A DNA stretch of 64,000 bases from positions 21,037-85,036 of the forward strand of contig JADKGE010000003.1 in NCBI GenBank assembly GCA_016717115.1. Reading direction: 5' to 3'. Origin of the DNA: Actinomycetota bacterium. Its GTDB lineage: Bacteria > Actinomycetota > Actinomycetes > S36-B12. Each line of letters starts with the position of its first letter. Position 1 is the stretch's first letter. Positions 18,607 through 28,069 of the stretch are shown one piece after another. Below the pieces are notes generated by a model. It was not told where the DNA came from. It saw only the letters and a program-made list of their open reading frames with translations, and did no database searches. Made by a program: the position numbers and the translations under genes.

Positions 18607-19232
18607 CCGTTGCGCAGGGCCACCCACACGACCTCGGCGGGCTTCTTGCTCGCGTTCTCCCAGTGGTGGGGGACATCGCCGGAGAAGTGCAGGGAGTCAC
18701 CCTCGGTGAGGACGAAGTCCTGCTCGCCGACGTGGAAACGCACCTGACCACGGAGCACGTGGACCAGCTCCTCGCCCGGATGCTTGAGCGGCTTCTCCCC
18801 GCTGTTCGCACCGGGCGCCATGCTGGCCACCGCTGCCGCCGTCTGGAACTGCCGGTAGGAGCCGGTGATCCCGGACAGGGACAGACCGGTGTGCGGAGTG
18901 AACACGGCACGCCGCTCATCGGCGGCGGTGAAGTGGACGGGCTCCGGGTGCGACTCCTCCTCCTGCACGAAGTAGCTGACGGGGACGCCGAGGGCGGTAC
19001 CGAGCTTGAGGAGTGTCGTGATGGTGGGCACCATGCCGTTGCGTTCCATCTTGTGGATGGCCGCCGCAGACACGTCGCTGATGACGGCCAGCTGCTGGAG
19101 CGACAGCCCCTGCGCCTTGCGGAGCTCGGCGATCTTGGGACCCACCATGCTGACGATCTCTTCGACCTGGAGGGCTTGGGGCGCGGGCGCCGTCACCGCT
19201 CTCGGCTTGCGTACGGCGGCTTTGGTGGCCAA
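18603..19232 (-). CDS. XRE-family HTH regulator with C-terminal cupin domain
   Basis: HTH IAELRKAQGLSLQQLAVISDVSAAAIHKMERN. Cupin GEELVHVLRG...EGDSLHF. TTG 19232 has GGAGGA 5 nt upstream. The track start 19370 and ATG 19148 are alternatives. Confidence 0.75.
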   Translation of the reverse strand: MATKAAVRKPRAVTAPAPQALQVEEIVSMVGPKIAELRKAQGLSLQQLAVISDVSAAAIHKMERNGMVPTITTLLKLGTALGVPVSYFVQEEESHPEPVHFTAADERRAVFTPHTGLSLSGITGSYRQFQTAAAVASMAPGANSGEKPLKHPGEELVHVLRGQVRFHVGEQDFVLTEGDSLHFSGDVPHHWENASKKPAEVVWVALRNG

Positions 19233-19426
19233 CGGATCCTCCGGCGGGTGCGCTCTTCGTGCGTCCGGCCAGACTACCGTCCGACCGCGCGGGTTCGGCG
19301 TCGAAGCCGCGACGCGCAGTGCCTGACGGGTCTCGCCGAACCGGTTGACGGGCAACCGTGCTTCCAGCATAGTGAACGTCTAGTCATTCATCGTGTACGC
19401 GAGTACGCAACGGGAGGGACAGCCGC

Positions 19427-20770
19427 GTGGCCCAAAGGGTAGTGGTGATCGGTGGTGGCGGAGGCGGACTTGGCGCAGCCGGTGGGGCCAAGGCGGTCGA
19501 TCCCTCGGCCCAGGTCACCGTCTATACCGAGTACGAGGACGTCGCCTACAGCCCGTGTGGCATCCCGTTCGTCCATGGCAAGGAGATCCCGAGCTTCGAG
19601 GCGCTCTTCCTGGCGGAGAAGCAGGCCTACGTGGACGCAGGCATCGACGTGCACTATGAGACGCGCGTGTCGTCGATCGACCGGGCGAACAGGACGATCA
19701 CCGTCGACGGCGAGGGAACGGTCGGCTACGACTCCCTGGTGATCTCGACGGGTTTCGTCTACGCGGACCCGGGGGTACCGGGTGCGGGCCTTGACGGCCT
19801 GTACTACGTGAAGAACATCCGTGACGCCATGGAGTGGGACAAGCGACTGGACACGGTCAAGAAGGCCGTCGTCGTCGAGGCCGGACCGCTCGGCATCGAG
19901 ATGGTCACAGCCCTGGCACACCGTGGCATCGAGACCCACGTCATCGATCCCAACCCGTGGTGCCTGGGCGAACTGCTCGACCCCGACATCGCCGAGGTCG
20001 TGCAGGAGTCGTGGACCGAGCTCGGCATCACCATGCACTGGAACACCACGCTGCTGGGCTTCGTGGACAACGGCAGCGGATCGGTCGGCGGCGTCTCGAC
20101 GTCGGGCGGCACGATCGACTGCGACCTGGTCGTCGTCGCGACCCACAAGCAGCCGAACAACGCTCTCGCGGTGGCGGCGGGCATCGCCATCGGCACTACC
20201 GGTGGGGTGATCGTCGACGAGACGATGAAGACCTCCGATCCCAGCATCTGGGCCTGCGGGGACGTCTGCGAGATCCCGCACGGCAACGCATCCCTCCCGC
20301 TCCAGGGGCTGACCGGCAGCCATGCGTACGCGCAGGGCAAGGTCGCCGGCGCCAACGCGGCCGGTGGCAGCCGCGTCTACAACTCGGTGTACATCCCGTG
20401 GGGCATGGTCGCGGGCAAGTGGATGATCGGCGGGGCCGCCTTCGGAGAGGTCGCTGCCGATGCGCTGGGCATGCCCTACGTCCTTGGCGTCGCCGAGGGC
20501 ATCTCGCGTGCTCGCTACTACCCCGGCGTGAAGAAGGTGAAGGTCAAGCTGCTCGCCGAGCCGGGAACCCTTCGCCTGATCGGTGCCCAGATGATCGGTG
20601 GCGAGGGGATCAAGGAGAGAGCCGACTTCCTCGGTGTAGCCGTCAAGAAGGGCCTGACACTCTTCGACCTGGCCACGATGGAGAACGTGTACTCGCCCCC
20701 GATCGGCGCGCTGAACGAGCCGATCGCCGTGGCTGCGCAGAACGGCGTTGCGGCGTCCCGGAGCGCCTGA
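19427..20770 (+). CDS. pyridine nucleotide-disulfide oxidoreductase (CoA-disulfide reductase / NADH oxidase-like)
   Basis: VVVIGGGGGGLGAAG dinucleotide fold. Single redox Cys in VAYSPCGIPF. 447 aa. GTG start preceded by GGGAGGG. Confidence 0.75.
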   Translation: MAQRVVVIGGGGGGLGAAGGAKAVDPSAQVTVYTEYEDVAYSPCGIPFVHGKEIPSFEALFLAEKQAYVDAGIDVHYETRVSSIDRANRTITVDGEGTVGYDSLVISTGFVYADPGVPGAGLDGLYYVKNIRDAMEWDKRLDTVKKAVVVEAGPLGIEMVTALAHRGIETHVIDPNPWCLGELLDPDIAEVVQESWTELGITMHWNTTLLGFVDNGSGSVGGVSTSGGTIDCDLVVVATHKQPNNALAVAAGIAIGTTGGVIVDETMKTSDPSIWACGDVCEIPHGNASLPLQGLTGSHAYAQGKVAGANAAGGSRVYNSVYIPWGMVAGKWMIGGAAFGEVAADALGMPYVLGVAEGISRARYYPGVKKVKVKLLAEPGTLRLIGAQMIGGEGIKERADFLGVAVKKGLTLFDLATMENVYSPPIGALNEPIAVAAQNGVAASRSA

Positions 20771-20771
20771 C

Positions 20772-21023
20772 ATGACGAAGCTGGCCACGTGGCTCCGGAC
20801 GAATTCCCAGCACTACCTGTTGCGTGACTCCCAGGCGCGTATAGCCAGGAAGTACGGCATCGCCCCACCGGACACCAGGGGTTCGTTCTTCTGGACCAAG
20901 GTGTTCGTCCCGGTGTACCGGGTGCTCCCGTGGGGGCTGCGTTCCAGCGTGATGGCAGCCATGCCGGGCAGCCATCGCAAGCGTTGGTCGAAACAAGCTC
21001 CGCCCGCTGGTGCGGCGGTTTAG
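20772..21023 (+). CDS. 83-aa conserved hypothetical protein
   Basis: ATG 20772 lies 1 nt after the oxidoreductase stop (in frame in ORF 20748..21023): MTKLATWLRTNSQHYLLRDSQARIARKYG...FFWTKVFVPVYRVLPW. Confidence 0.5.
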   Translation: MTKLATWLRTNSQHYLLRDSQARIARKYGIAPPDTRGSFFWTKVFVPVYRVLPWGLRSSVMAAMPGSHRKRWSKQAPPAGAAV

Positions 21024-21062
21024 GTTGGTCACCACTCACATGCAAGGAAAACTGGAGGGTTC

Positions 21063-21551
21063 ATGCCAATTACGGTAGACAGGTCGCTCCCCGCAGAGGG
21101 CGAGTCCCTGTTCAAGAGTGAAGAGAAGATCTTCCCGGAGATCATGGCGAAGCCGGGACAGAAGGCTTTCGTCTTCATCCACACGGTGCCCTACGAGGGT
21201 TCGGTCCTCCTCGTCAACCTCCTGACCTCGACGCGCCTGGTACGCAAGGGTTTCGACGTCAGCATCGTCCTTTACGGCCCTGCGGTCCTTGCGGCCTCCG
21301 GCACGCGCGGATACCCGACGGTGGGCGCCGCGGCGTTCCCCGGTCACCTGGCCATCAACGAGCAGCTCAAGACCCTCATGAAGGAGGGCGCGAAGGTCTA
21401 TGCGTGCCGCTTCGCCATGGGCGCGCTGTACGGCTTCGGCGAGACGGACCTCATCCCCGGAGTCATCCCCTTCAACCCGCTCGACGTCCTCGACGCCGCC
21501 CTCACGGCGTGGACCGAGGGCGCGTTCCAGATGAACACCTGGACGGTCTGA
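21063..21551 (+). CDS. DsrE/DsrF-like sulfur-relay fold protein
   Basis: 162 aa with GGAGGG RBS. KAFVFIHTVPY...VSIVLYGPAV...KVYACRFAMGALYG resembles the DsrE-family core with its conserved Cys. Confidence 0.55.
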   Translation: MPITVDRSLPAEGESLFKSEEKIFPEIMAKPGQKAFVFIHTVPYEGSVLLVNLLTSTRLVRKGFDVSIVLYGPAVLAASGTRGYPTVGAAAFPGHLAINEQLKTLMKEGAKVYACRFAMGALYGFGETDLIPGVIPFNPLDVLDAALTAWTEGAFQMNTWTV

Positions 21552-21556
21552 CCTCA

Positions 21557-21605
21557 CTCGGGATGGGTGGCGGGCCCGGCCCCCACCCATCCCGAGGTCT
21601 TTTCC
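21557..21605 (+). terminator. 14-bp perfect stem hairpin plus T-tract between the DsrE-like gene and nitrile hydratase beta
   Basis: CTCGGGATGGGTGG (21557-21570), a 12-nt GC-rich loop, CCACCCATCCCGAG (21583-21596), then GTCTTTTCCC. Confidence 0.6.
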
Positions 21606-21632
21606 CGACCGCGGCAGCCATGGGAGGCAAGC

Positions 21633-22316
21633 ATGACGACAATCCAACCCGCGAGCGGCATCGCCGACATGGGGGGCACGGACGGTTGGGGCACAGCGCC
21701 GACCATCGACCCGAACGAGAAGGTGTTCAAGGAGCCTTGGGAAGGACGGGCGTTCGCCCTGTCCCTGCTCTCCATGCGGCTCTCGGGCACCAACCTCGAC
21801 GCCTTCCGTCACTCGATGAACCGCCTCGATCGCGAGCACTACATCGATGACGGCTACTACGGCCGCTGGCTGTACGGCGCCGAGAACCTGCTCATGGACA
21901 GCGACATCATCGCGCCGGGCACGGTCGAGGCGCGGGCGGTCAACCTGTCGGGTGGCCATGCGGATGAGCCGCCGGCTCCGGAGCCGCACAAGCCTGACTA
22001 CGCCCCGACCGCGGCCGGGTCGCTTCGGCAGATCGATGCCGAGCCGACGTTCGCCGTGGGCCAGCGGGTGCGGGCCAAGGTCCAGCAGGCACCGGGCCAC
22101 ACCCGGCTGCAGCACTACATCCAGGGGCACGTCGGAACGGTCGCGATCATCGAGCCGCCGCAGGTGCTCCCCGACACGCACGCGCACTTCATCGCGGAGA
22201 ACGCGCAGTGGGTCTACACGGTCGCCTTCGACTCGCACGAGCTCTTCGGCCCTGACGCCGAGCGCTTCACTCTGAACACCGACTGCTACGAGGACTACCT
22301 TGAGGATGCGTCATGA
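21633..22316 (+). CDS. nthB: nitrile hydratase beta subunit
   Basis: ATG 21633 preceded by GGGAGG (in frame in ORF 21567..22316). [27 protein letters not shown]. 227 aa. Its stop overlaps the alpha start. Confidence 0.85.
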   Translation: MTTIQPASGIADMGGTDGWGTAPTIDPNEKVFKEPWEGRAFALSLLSMRLSGTNLDAFRHSMNRLDREHYIDDGYYGRWLYGAENLLMDSDIIAPGTVEARAVNLSGGHADEPPAPEPHKPDYAPTAAGSLRQIDAEPTFAVGQRVRAKVQQAPGHTRLQHYIQGHVGTVAIIEPPQVLPDTHAHFIAENAQWVYTVAFDSHELFGPDAERFTLNTDCYEDYLEDAS

Positions 22317-22908
22317 CGTCTGAACTGACAGTGAACGACCACGTTCCGATCCAGCTGCGCACCGAGGCGCTCGAGGACCTCCTGGTCGAGCGCGGACTCA
22401 TCGATCGCGCCGTCATGGACAACTTCATCAAGACGTACGAGCAGGACGTCGGCCCGCTGAACGGGGCCAAGGTCGTCGCCAAGGCGTGGACCGATCCCGA
22501 GTACAGGGAGCGGTTGCTGGACAACGGCACGACCGCCGTGGCCGAACTCGGATTCAAGGGTCCGCAGGGCGAGCACATCGTCGTCGTCCAGAACTCCGCG
22601 GACGTTCACAACGTGGTGGTCTGCACGCTCTGCTCCTGCTACCCCTGGCCACTTCTCGGCCTGCCGCCCGCTTGGTACAAGGACCCCGCCTACCGCTCGC
22701 GAGTGGTCAAAGAGCCTCGTCAGGTGCTGTCCGAGATGGGTCTCGACGTCCCGGAGTCGAAGGAGATCAAGGTCTGGGACAGCAGCTCAGAGGTGCGCTT
22801 CTTCGTCCTTCCGGAGCGACCGGCCGGTACCGACGGACTGAGCGAGGAGGAGCTGGTCCCGCTCATCACGCGCGATGCGATGGTCGGCGTGGCCGTGGTG
22901 GGTTCCCC

Positions 22909-22912
<4 letters not shown>
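22313..22912 (+). CDS. nthA: nitrile hydratase alpha subunit, cobalt type
   Basis: Metal-binding motif [12 protein letters not shown] (Thr/Tyr variant typical of Co-type enzymes). 199 aa. Confidence 0.9.
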
Positions 22913-23295
<383 letters not shown>

Positions 23296-23324
23296 CGGCC
23301 GGTCCGCCCTGAACGGCATAGGAC

Positions 23325-24254
23325 CTAGCGGGCCAAAGCCGAGCCCTGACGCGGGGCCTCGGCCACCGGGCCGAGTTTGGTGAGCAGGCGCAGGGCCAGT
23401 CGCACCTCGTCGAGGGTGGAGCCCCAGGGCACGACCGCTTCGTTTCCATGCTGCTCGACGCCACGCTCCAGCAGGCAGCACTTGGTGAGGACCAGCGTGC
23501 CCTCGTCGATCTGCGCGGAGCGACGATGCGGGCACAGGTCGACCTGCTGAGGGTCGGTGCCGTAGAAGTTGCGGTGGAACTGCATCGATCGCTCGCAGCC
23601 GATCAGCAGCCAGTCGGCGCTCTCGGCCGGGCGGGTGTCGAGGAACTCCACGGGCGCCGGCAGGTCGACGCCGGAGCCTCGGCAGGGCAGCAGGTACTGC
23701 GGTGCCGGGTTGTCGGCAGCGATGACGCGGATGTCGACCGCGTCCAGCACCAGTTCGATGGGCGGCAGCTCGTCGTCGAACGCCACCGCCTGGCGAGCCA
23801 TCTCCAGGAGCTTCGCCGGCTCGGGGGGCACGACCTCGGTGACGACGATGCGCACCGGGGTCGGTCGCCAGATGACATTGATGTGCTCGTAGCGACCCTT
23901 GACCGCGATGGCATCTGCATCGGTCCGACCGAAGAGGGCAGCCGCGGCCGCCATGGCCGTGGCGTTGCCGACATCGGTGCGCGGCTCGTCGATCCACACC
24001 GTCCGGTCCGGACCCGCGAGCACTCGAGCCTCGATGATCGGTGACATAAGGGGTTCGTACGATTCCTTGCGAATCTCGACGAGGGCATGCTCGTCGCCGT
24101 TGCGCAGCAGCAGCCATTCGGTGCGACGGTACGAATCGCGACCGACGAGGTAGTCGAGGATCGCGGACTCGTCGCTGAGCGGTACGTCGACGTCCTGTAC
24201 CGAGAGGCCGCGATACGGCCGGGTCAGCGCATTCGGCTCGGGCAGGGGAATCAC
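23325..24254 (-). CDS. hypothetical 309-aa protein with Cys-rich C-terminal region
   Basis: Long ORF with high GC3, convergent on the nitrile hydratase operon. LLPCRGSG...IGCERSMQFHRNFYG...DLCP...LTKCCLLERG. I recognise no family. Confidence 0.5.
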   Translation of the reverse strand: MIPLPEPNALTRPYRGLSVQDVDVPLSDESAILDYLVGRDSYRRTEWLLLRNGDEHALVEIRKESYEPLMSPIIEARVLAGPDRTVWIDEPRTDVGNATAMAAAAALFGRTDADAIAVKGRYEHINVIWRPTPVRIVVTEVVPPEPAKLLEMARQAVAFDDELPPIELVLDAVDIRVIAADNPAPQYLLPCRGSGVDLPAPVEFLDTRPAESADWLLIGCERSMQFHRNFYGTDPQQVDLCPHRRSAQIDEGTLVLTKCCLLERGVEQHGNEAVVPWGSTLDEVRLALRLLTKLGPVAEAPRQGSALAR

Positions 24255-24755
24255 GGTCCCTAGCCTCTCACGGTGCGGGGTCGCCCGGCTCAGTCCAGAG
24301 TGGCGGCGTCAGCGTCGTCGCATCCCTTGGTGGGCCTACCCTCATCGGGTTGCTCGCCGAGCTTACCGGCCCGGTGAGCTCTATGTTCCTGGTCGTTGCG
24401 CTTCTTGCTGCCTTTGGGTGCGTTGCAGCGACCAAGCCCATTCCCTCGACGACGACGTGCGGTCGCCAGGTCGCGCTGAGCTCGGAAGCATGCAGAGGTC
24501 GCAACTCTTTCGGCGGTCCTCAGGTCGTCTTCCCGGTCCAAGGAGAGGTCGGTGCCCCGGGTCGTGAAGTGTCCGAGTCCGATTGGCCGGATGAAGTTCG
24601 ACATGGCTCAGTGCTGGCGTCGAAGGGTGGTTATCGGCGTACAGGCTGGAACAATTCCTGCGGCCGCCCTTTCCTTTCCGAGCGCATCGGTGCAGGGTCT
24701 CAGGGGCAACTGACCGCCCTTACGTCCGCCCTTTCTCGCCGATGCTCGCGGTGTC

Positions 24756-24905
24756 TTGAGGAGTCTGGCAGCGCCGACATTCGTTGGTATTGCTGGACTT
24801 CCCGGCAACAAGTTCACCGGGCAGATCGCCCCGGCGATCATGCGGCAGGTCGACAACGGCACCATCCGCGTCCTGGACATCACCTTCATCATGAGGAACG
24901 CCGAC
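24756..24905 (+). pseudogene. truncated DUF6325-like gene fragment
   Basis: PTFVGIAGLPGNKFTGQIAPAIMRQVDNGTIRVLDITFIMRNADG aligns with residues 8-52 of the 1148..1582 protein. Similarity stops at about 24905, where the sequence becomes the reverse complement of the IS110-type fragment. Confidence 0.5.
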
Positions 24906-25024
24906 GGTGGCAGACGCCGTCTTGCCAGCACTCTCCCGTTCTCGTCGACGATCTCGACGTCGTGATGGGCCTCAGCCCAGTCGTCCCCGACGAACAGCAC
25001 CCGCTTCTCCTCCCGGTCGTTCAC
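24905..25024 (-). pseudogene. IS110-family transposase N-terminal remnant
   Basis: MNDREEKRVLFVGDDWAEAHHDVEIVDENGRVLARRRLP matches the characteristic IS110 DEDD N-terminus (G-x-D-W-A-E-x-H-H-D). The remainder of ORF 24608..25024 is unrelated. Confidence 0.5.
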
Positions 25025-25321
25025 GGTGAGCCCGCGAGGAACCTCGCTGCTACCTAATGGACCAGTGCTCAGGGCACGTCATCCCACCAGCGCTACCAGT
25101 TCCTCGCCCACCGGCCGGGGCACGTTCTACGCATAGGAGTCCAAAAACTCCAGGTTCGGGCAGTGCTCACCGGACGGCGGCTCGGACACCAGTCTGGTCC
25201 GAAGACAAGACCCGTGCGGTCCCATTAGGTTCAGAGCTCGAAGTGGCCACGACGAGGACGCTCGATAGGCCCGGGTATCAAGCGACTGATTCCAACCCCC
25301 TGGGCACTCGAGGCGCTGGGG

Positions 25322-26650
25322 TCAGCACGGCTTCTCTGCGCCGGGGCGCGCGTAGAACCACCAGGAGATGACGCCGGCGATGAGTGCGAACACGACTCCC
25401 ATTCCGAAGAACAGTGCCGGGGAGACATATGCGAGCATCACGCCGAAGATGAAGGGGCCGTAGGCGGCGATCGCTGAGGTCCAGCCGATCACTCCGCCTG
25501 CCTGTCGGCGTTCGAAGATCATGGGCATCTGCTTGAAGGTGCTGGCGTTGCCGACTCCGGCGAAGAAGAAGATGGCCAGCATCCCGTAGAGGAACTGCGG
25601 GAACTGGTCGGCAGAAGTGGGGGACAGCTGGAAGCACGTGTAGAGGGATGCAAGGGAGATGCCCACCGTCGCCACCACGGTCATTCGGCCGCCGCCGACG
25701 CGGTCGGCGATCGGCCCGGAGATGATGCGTGCTGCCGATCCGATGAGGGCGCCGAGGAAGGCGTACTTGACGGGGTCGATGCCCGCGTCGCCGAACGCCT
25801 TCGTGCCGTAGAGGTTGTTGATGAGGAGGGCGAAACCGGCGGCGAGGCCGGAGAACGTACCGAAGGTGATGACGTAGAGGTACGTCATGATCCAGGTGTG
25901 CTTGTTCTGGAAGATGTCGAGTTGGTCCTTGAAACCTCGAGCCTGGACAGGAACGCTGCGGAGCAGGAACCAGGCGAGGATGACGGCCACGATCACGAAG
26001 GGGACCCAGAGGTAGCCGGCGTTCTGGTACCAGACCTCCTTGGTGGCGCCGGTGTCCTTGTTCGTCATCATCTGTGATCCGCCGATGATGGCGATGCCGA
26101 TGATCCACGGGGTTACGAACTGCACGAGGCTGACGCCGAAGTTGCCGATGCCGGCCTGGAGGCCCAGAGCGGTGCCCTGCTTGGAGCGAGGGAAGAAGTA
26201 GGAGGTGCTCGGCATGAAGCCGGAGAACGCACCGCCGCCGATCCCGGCAAGGATGCCGAGCAGCATCAGGACGGCATATGGGGTGTCGGGGTTCTGCACG
26301 GCCAGGGCCCAGCCGATCAGCGGTATCAGGAAGAGGGCCGTCGTGAGGGTGACGAGCTTGCGGGTGCCCATGATGGGTGGCAGGAATGTCCAGATCAGGC
26401 GCAGTGTTCCGCCGGCCAGACCTGGCATCGCGATGAGCCAGTAGAGCTGGCCTTGGCTGAGGTCGAAGCCGATGCTGTTGAGCTTCGGAGCGATCGCCGA
26501 GGCGAGAAACCAGGTGATGAAGCCGAGGGTGAGCGCGTAGGTGGTGACCCACAGGGTCTTCCAAGCGCGACCCGAGTCCCAGTCGGCAGCTTCCGGATCC
26601 CAGACGGGGAGCCAGTCCGATCCCTTGCGCTGCGTCGTAGGCGTGCTCAT
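25322..26650 (-). CDS. narK: nitrate/nitrite transporter NarK (MFS, NNP family)
   Basis: 442 aa, 12-TM pattern. GLAGGTLRLIW, AGIGGGAFSGFMP, GNASTFKQMP. The start overlaps the upstream narK stop. Confidence 0.85.
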   Translation of the reverse strand: MSTPTTQRKGSDWLPVWDPEAADWDSGRAWKTLWVTTYALTLGFITWFLASAIAPKLNSIGFDLSQGQLYWLIAMPGLAGGTLRLIWTFLPPIMGTRKLVTLTTALFLIPLIGWALAVQNPDTPYAVLMLLGILAGIGGGAFSGFMPSTSYFFPRSKQGTALGLQAGIGNFGVSLVQFVTPWIIGIAIIGGSQMMTNKDTGATKEVWYQNAGYLWVPFVIVAVILAWFLLRSVPVQARGFKDQLDIFQNKHTWIMTYLYVITFGTFSGLAAGFALLINNLYGTKAFGDAGIDPVKYAFLGALIGSAARIISGPIADRVGGGRMTVVATVGISLASLYTCFQLSPTSADQFPQFLYGMLAIFFFAGVGNASTFKQMPMIFERRQAGGVIGWTSAIAAYGPFIFGVMLAYVSPALFFGMGVVFALIAGVISWWFYARPGAEKPC

Positions 26651-28023
26651 GAGCGGGCTCCTGTCTTGTCGAACTCGGACTCGTCGAGGAAGGGAGCTTC
26701 GTCAGCGAGGGGGGTGTGGTGGTCGTGCTCGAACTTGTTGGACAGCTCCGGGCTCGCCTTGTGGAGGAGGGAGACGACGGTGACATGCATCCAGACCATG
26801 GCGATCAGCGTCACCATGAAGATCACGAAGAACGTGGACTGCGGGAGCATCGTGAACGACGTCGTGTAGGCGAACAGAAGCGGCAGGAAGAATCCGCCGA
26901 GCGCACCGAGGGAACCGACGAGGCCGCCGACGGCGCCCACGTCGTTCGGGAAGTACTCGGGGATGTGCTTGTAGACCGCGGCCTTGCCGATGCCCATCGC
27001 GCAGCCCATGAGGAAGACCAGCAGCGTGAAGAGGATGGTGCCGACCTGCCAGGGGAGGATCTCGCTGGTGGTGCCGTTCGGATTCGCCAGGACGATGTGG
27101 CCGTAGGGCATCATCAGGATTCCCGACGCGATGAGCATGATCGTGAAGCAGATGTACATGACCTTGCGTGCGCCGATGCGATCGGACATCCAGCCACCGA
27201 CCGGGCGCAGCAGTGACGCGGGGAAGATGAAGATGGCGGTGAGCAGGGCGGCTTGCGAGAGTGGCATGCCGTAGACGTCGACGTAGTACTTCGGTAGCCA
27301 GGCGGCTAGGGCGACGTAGGCGCCGAAGACGACGACGTAGTAGAGGCTGAAGCGCCAGACGCGGGCCTGCTTCAGTGGCGTCAGCATCGATTTCATCGAG
27401 CGGCCGCTGCCGGGTTTGATCTCACGGTGCGGGGTGAACGCCCACATTCCGATGGCCATCGCGATGAGCAGGACCATGTACAGGAAGGGGACGAACCGCC
27501 AGCCGCCTGGCACCAGGCCACCGAGATATCCCGCAGCCGGGACGGCGACGATGAGGGCGGGGCCGATGAACTTGGTGACCGACGCGCCCACGTTGCCGGC
27601 GCCGAAGACACCGAGTGCGAAGCCCTGCCGGTTCTGCGGCCACCAGGCGCTGACCCAGGCGATGCCCACGCTGAACGAGTTTCCGGCGAAGCCGACAAGG
27701 AACGCGTAGAACAGCAGCGTTGCAAAGGAGGTCGCGGTCGAGACGAGGTATGCCGGCACGGCGGTGATGGCCAGCATGGTCACGAAGACCCGCTTCCCGC
27801 CGAACCGGTCTGCGGCGATGCCGGCGGGCAGCCGCCAGATCGCGCCGTTCAGGACGGCGACCGCGGTGAGCCAGGCCAGCTGCACGTCCGACAGGCCGAA
27901 CTCCTCGCGGATCGGGATGCCCAGGACGCCGAACATGAGCCAGACGGCGAACATCAGCGTGAAGCCGAGGGTGGACCAGACGAGGACCGGCACGCGGCCC
28001 TTCTCAAGGGTGTCAGTCGTCAC
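26647..28023 (-). CDS. narK: nitrate/nitrite transporter NarK/NasA (MFS, NNP family)
   Basis: 458 aa. GAIWRLPAGIAADRFGGKRVF, GAGNVGASVTKF, GGWMSDRIGARKV. GTG start. Confidence 0.85.
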   Translation of the reverse strand: MTTDTLEKGRVPVLVWSTLGFTLMFAVWLMFGVLGIPIREEFGLSDVQLAWLTAVAVLNGAIWRLPAGIAADRFGGKRVFVTMLAITAVPAYLVSTATSFATLLFYAFLVGFAGNSFSVGIAWVSAWWPQNRQGFALGVFGAGNVGASVTKFIGPALIVAVPAAGYLGGLVPGGWRFVPFLYMVLLIAMAIGMWAFTPHREIKPGSGRSMKSMLTPLKQARVWRFSLYYVVVFGAYVALAAWLPKYYVDVYGMPLSQAALLTAIFIFPASLLRPVGGWMSDRIGARKVMYICFTIMLIASGILMMPYGHIVLANPNGTTSEILPWQVGTILFTLLVFLMGCAMGIGKAAVYKHIPEYFPNDVGAVGGLVGSLGALGGFFLPLLFAYTTSFTMLPQSTFFVIFMVTLIAMVWMHVTVVSLLHKASPELSNKFEHDHHTPLADEAPFLDESEFDKTGARS

Positions 28024-28030
28024 GGGACAT

Positions 28031-28069
28031 GATTAAACCACAAACAATGTTTAAACACCGTGTTTAATC
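28031..28069. promoter_or_regulatory. AT-rich operator-like repeats in the narK / regulator-narG divergent region
   Basis: GATTAAAC (28031) is the exact inverted partner of GTTTAATC (28062). A third copy GTTTAAAC sits at 28049. The local sequence is far below genomic GC. Confidence 0.5.

Noticed and set aside
25278-26786. 502-aa ORF on the minus strand covering the first narK gene.
   Set aside because: It is an alternative frame of the same strand and its translation is low-complexity (R/P/H/T-rich). The 25322..26650 frame gives a canonical 12-TM NarK.
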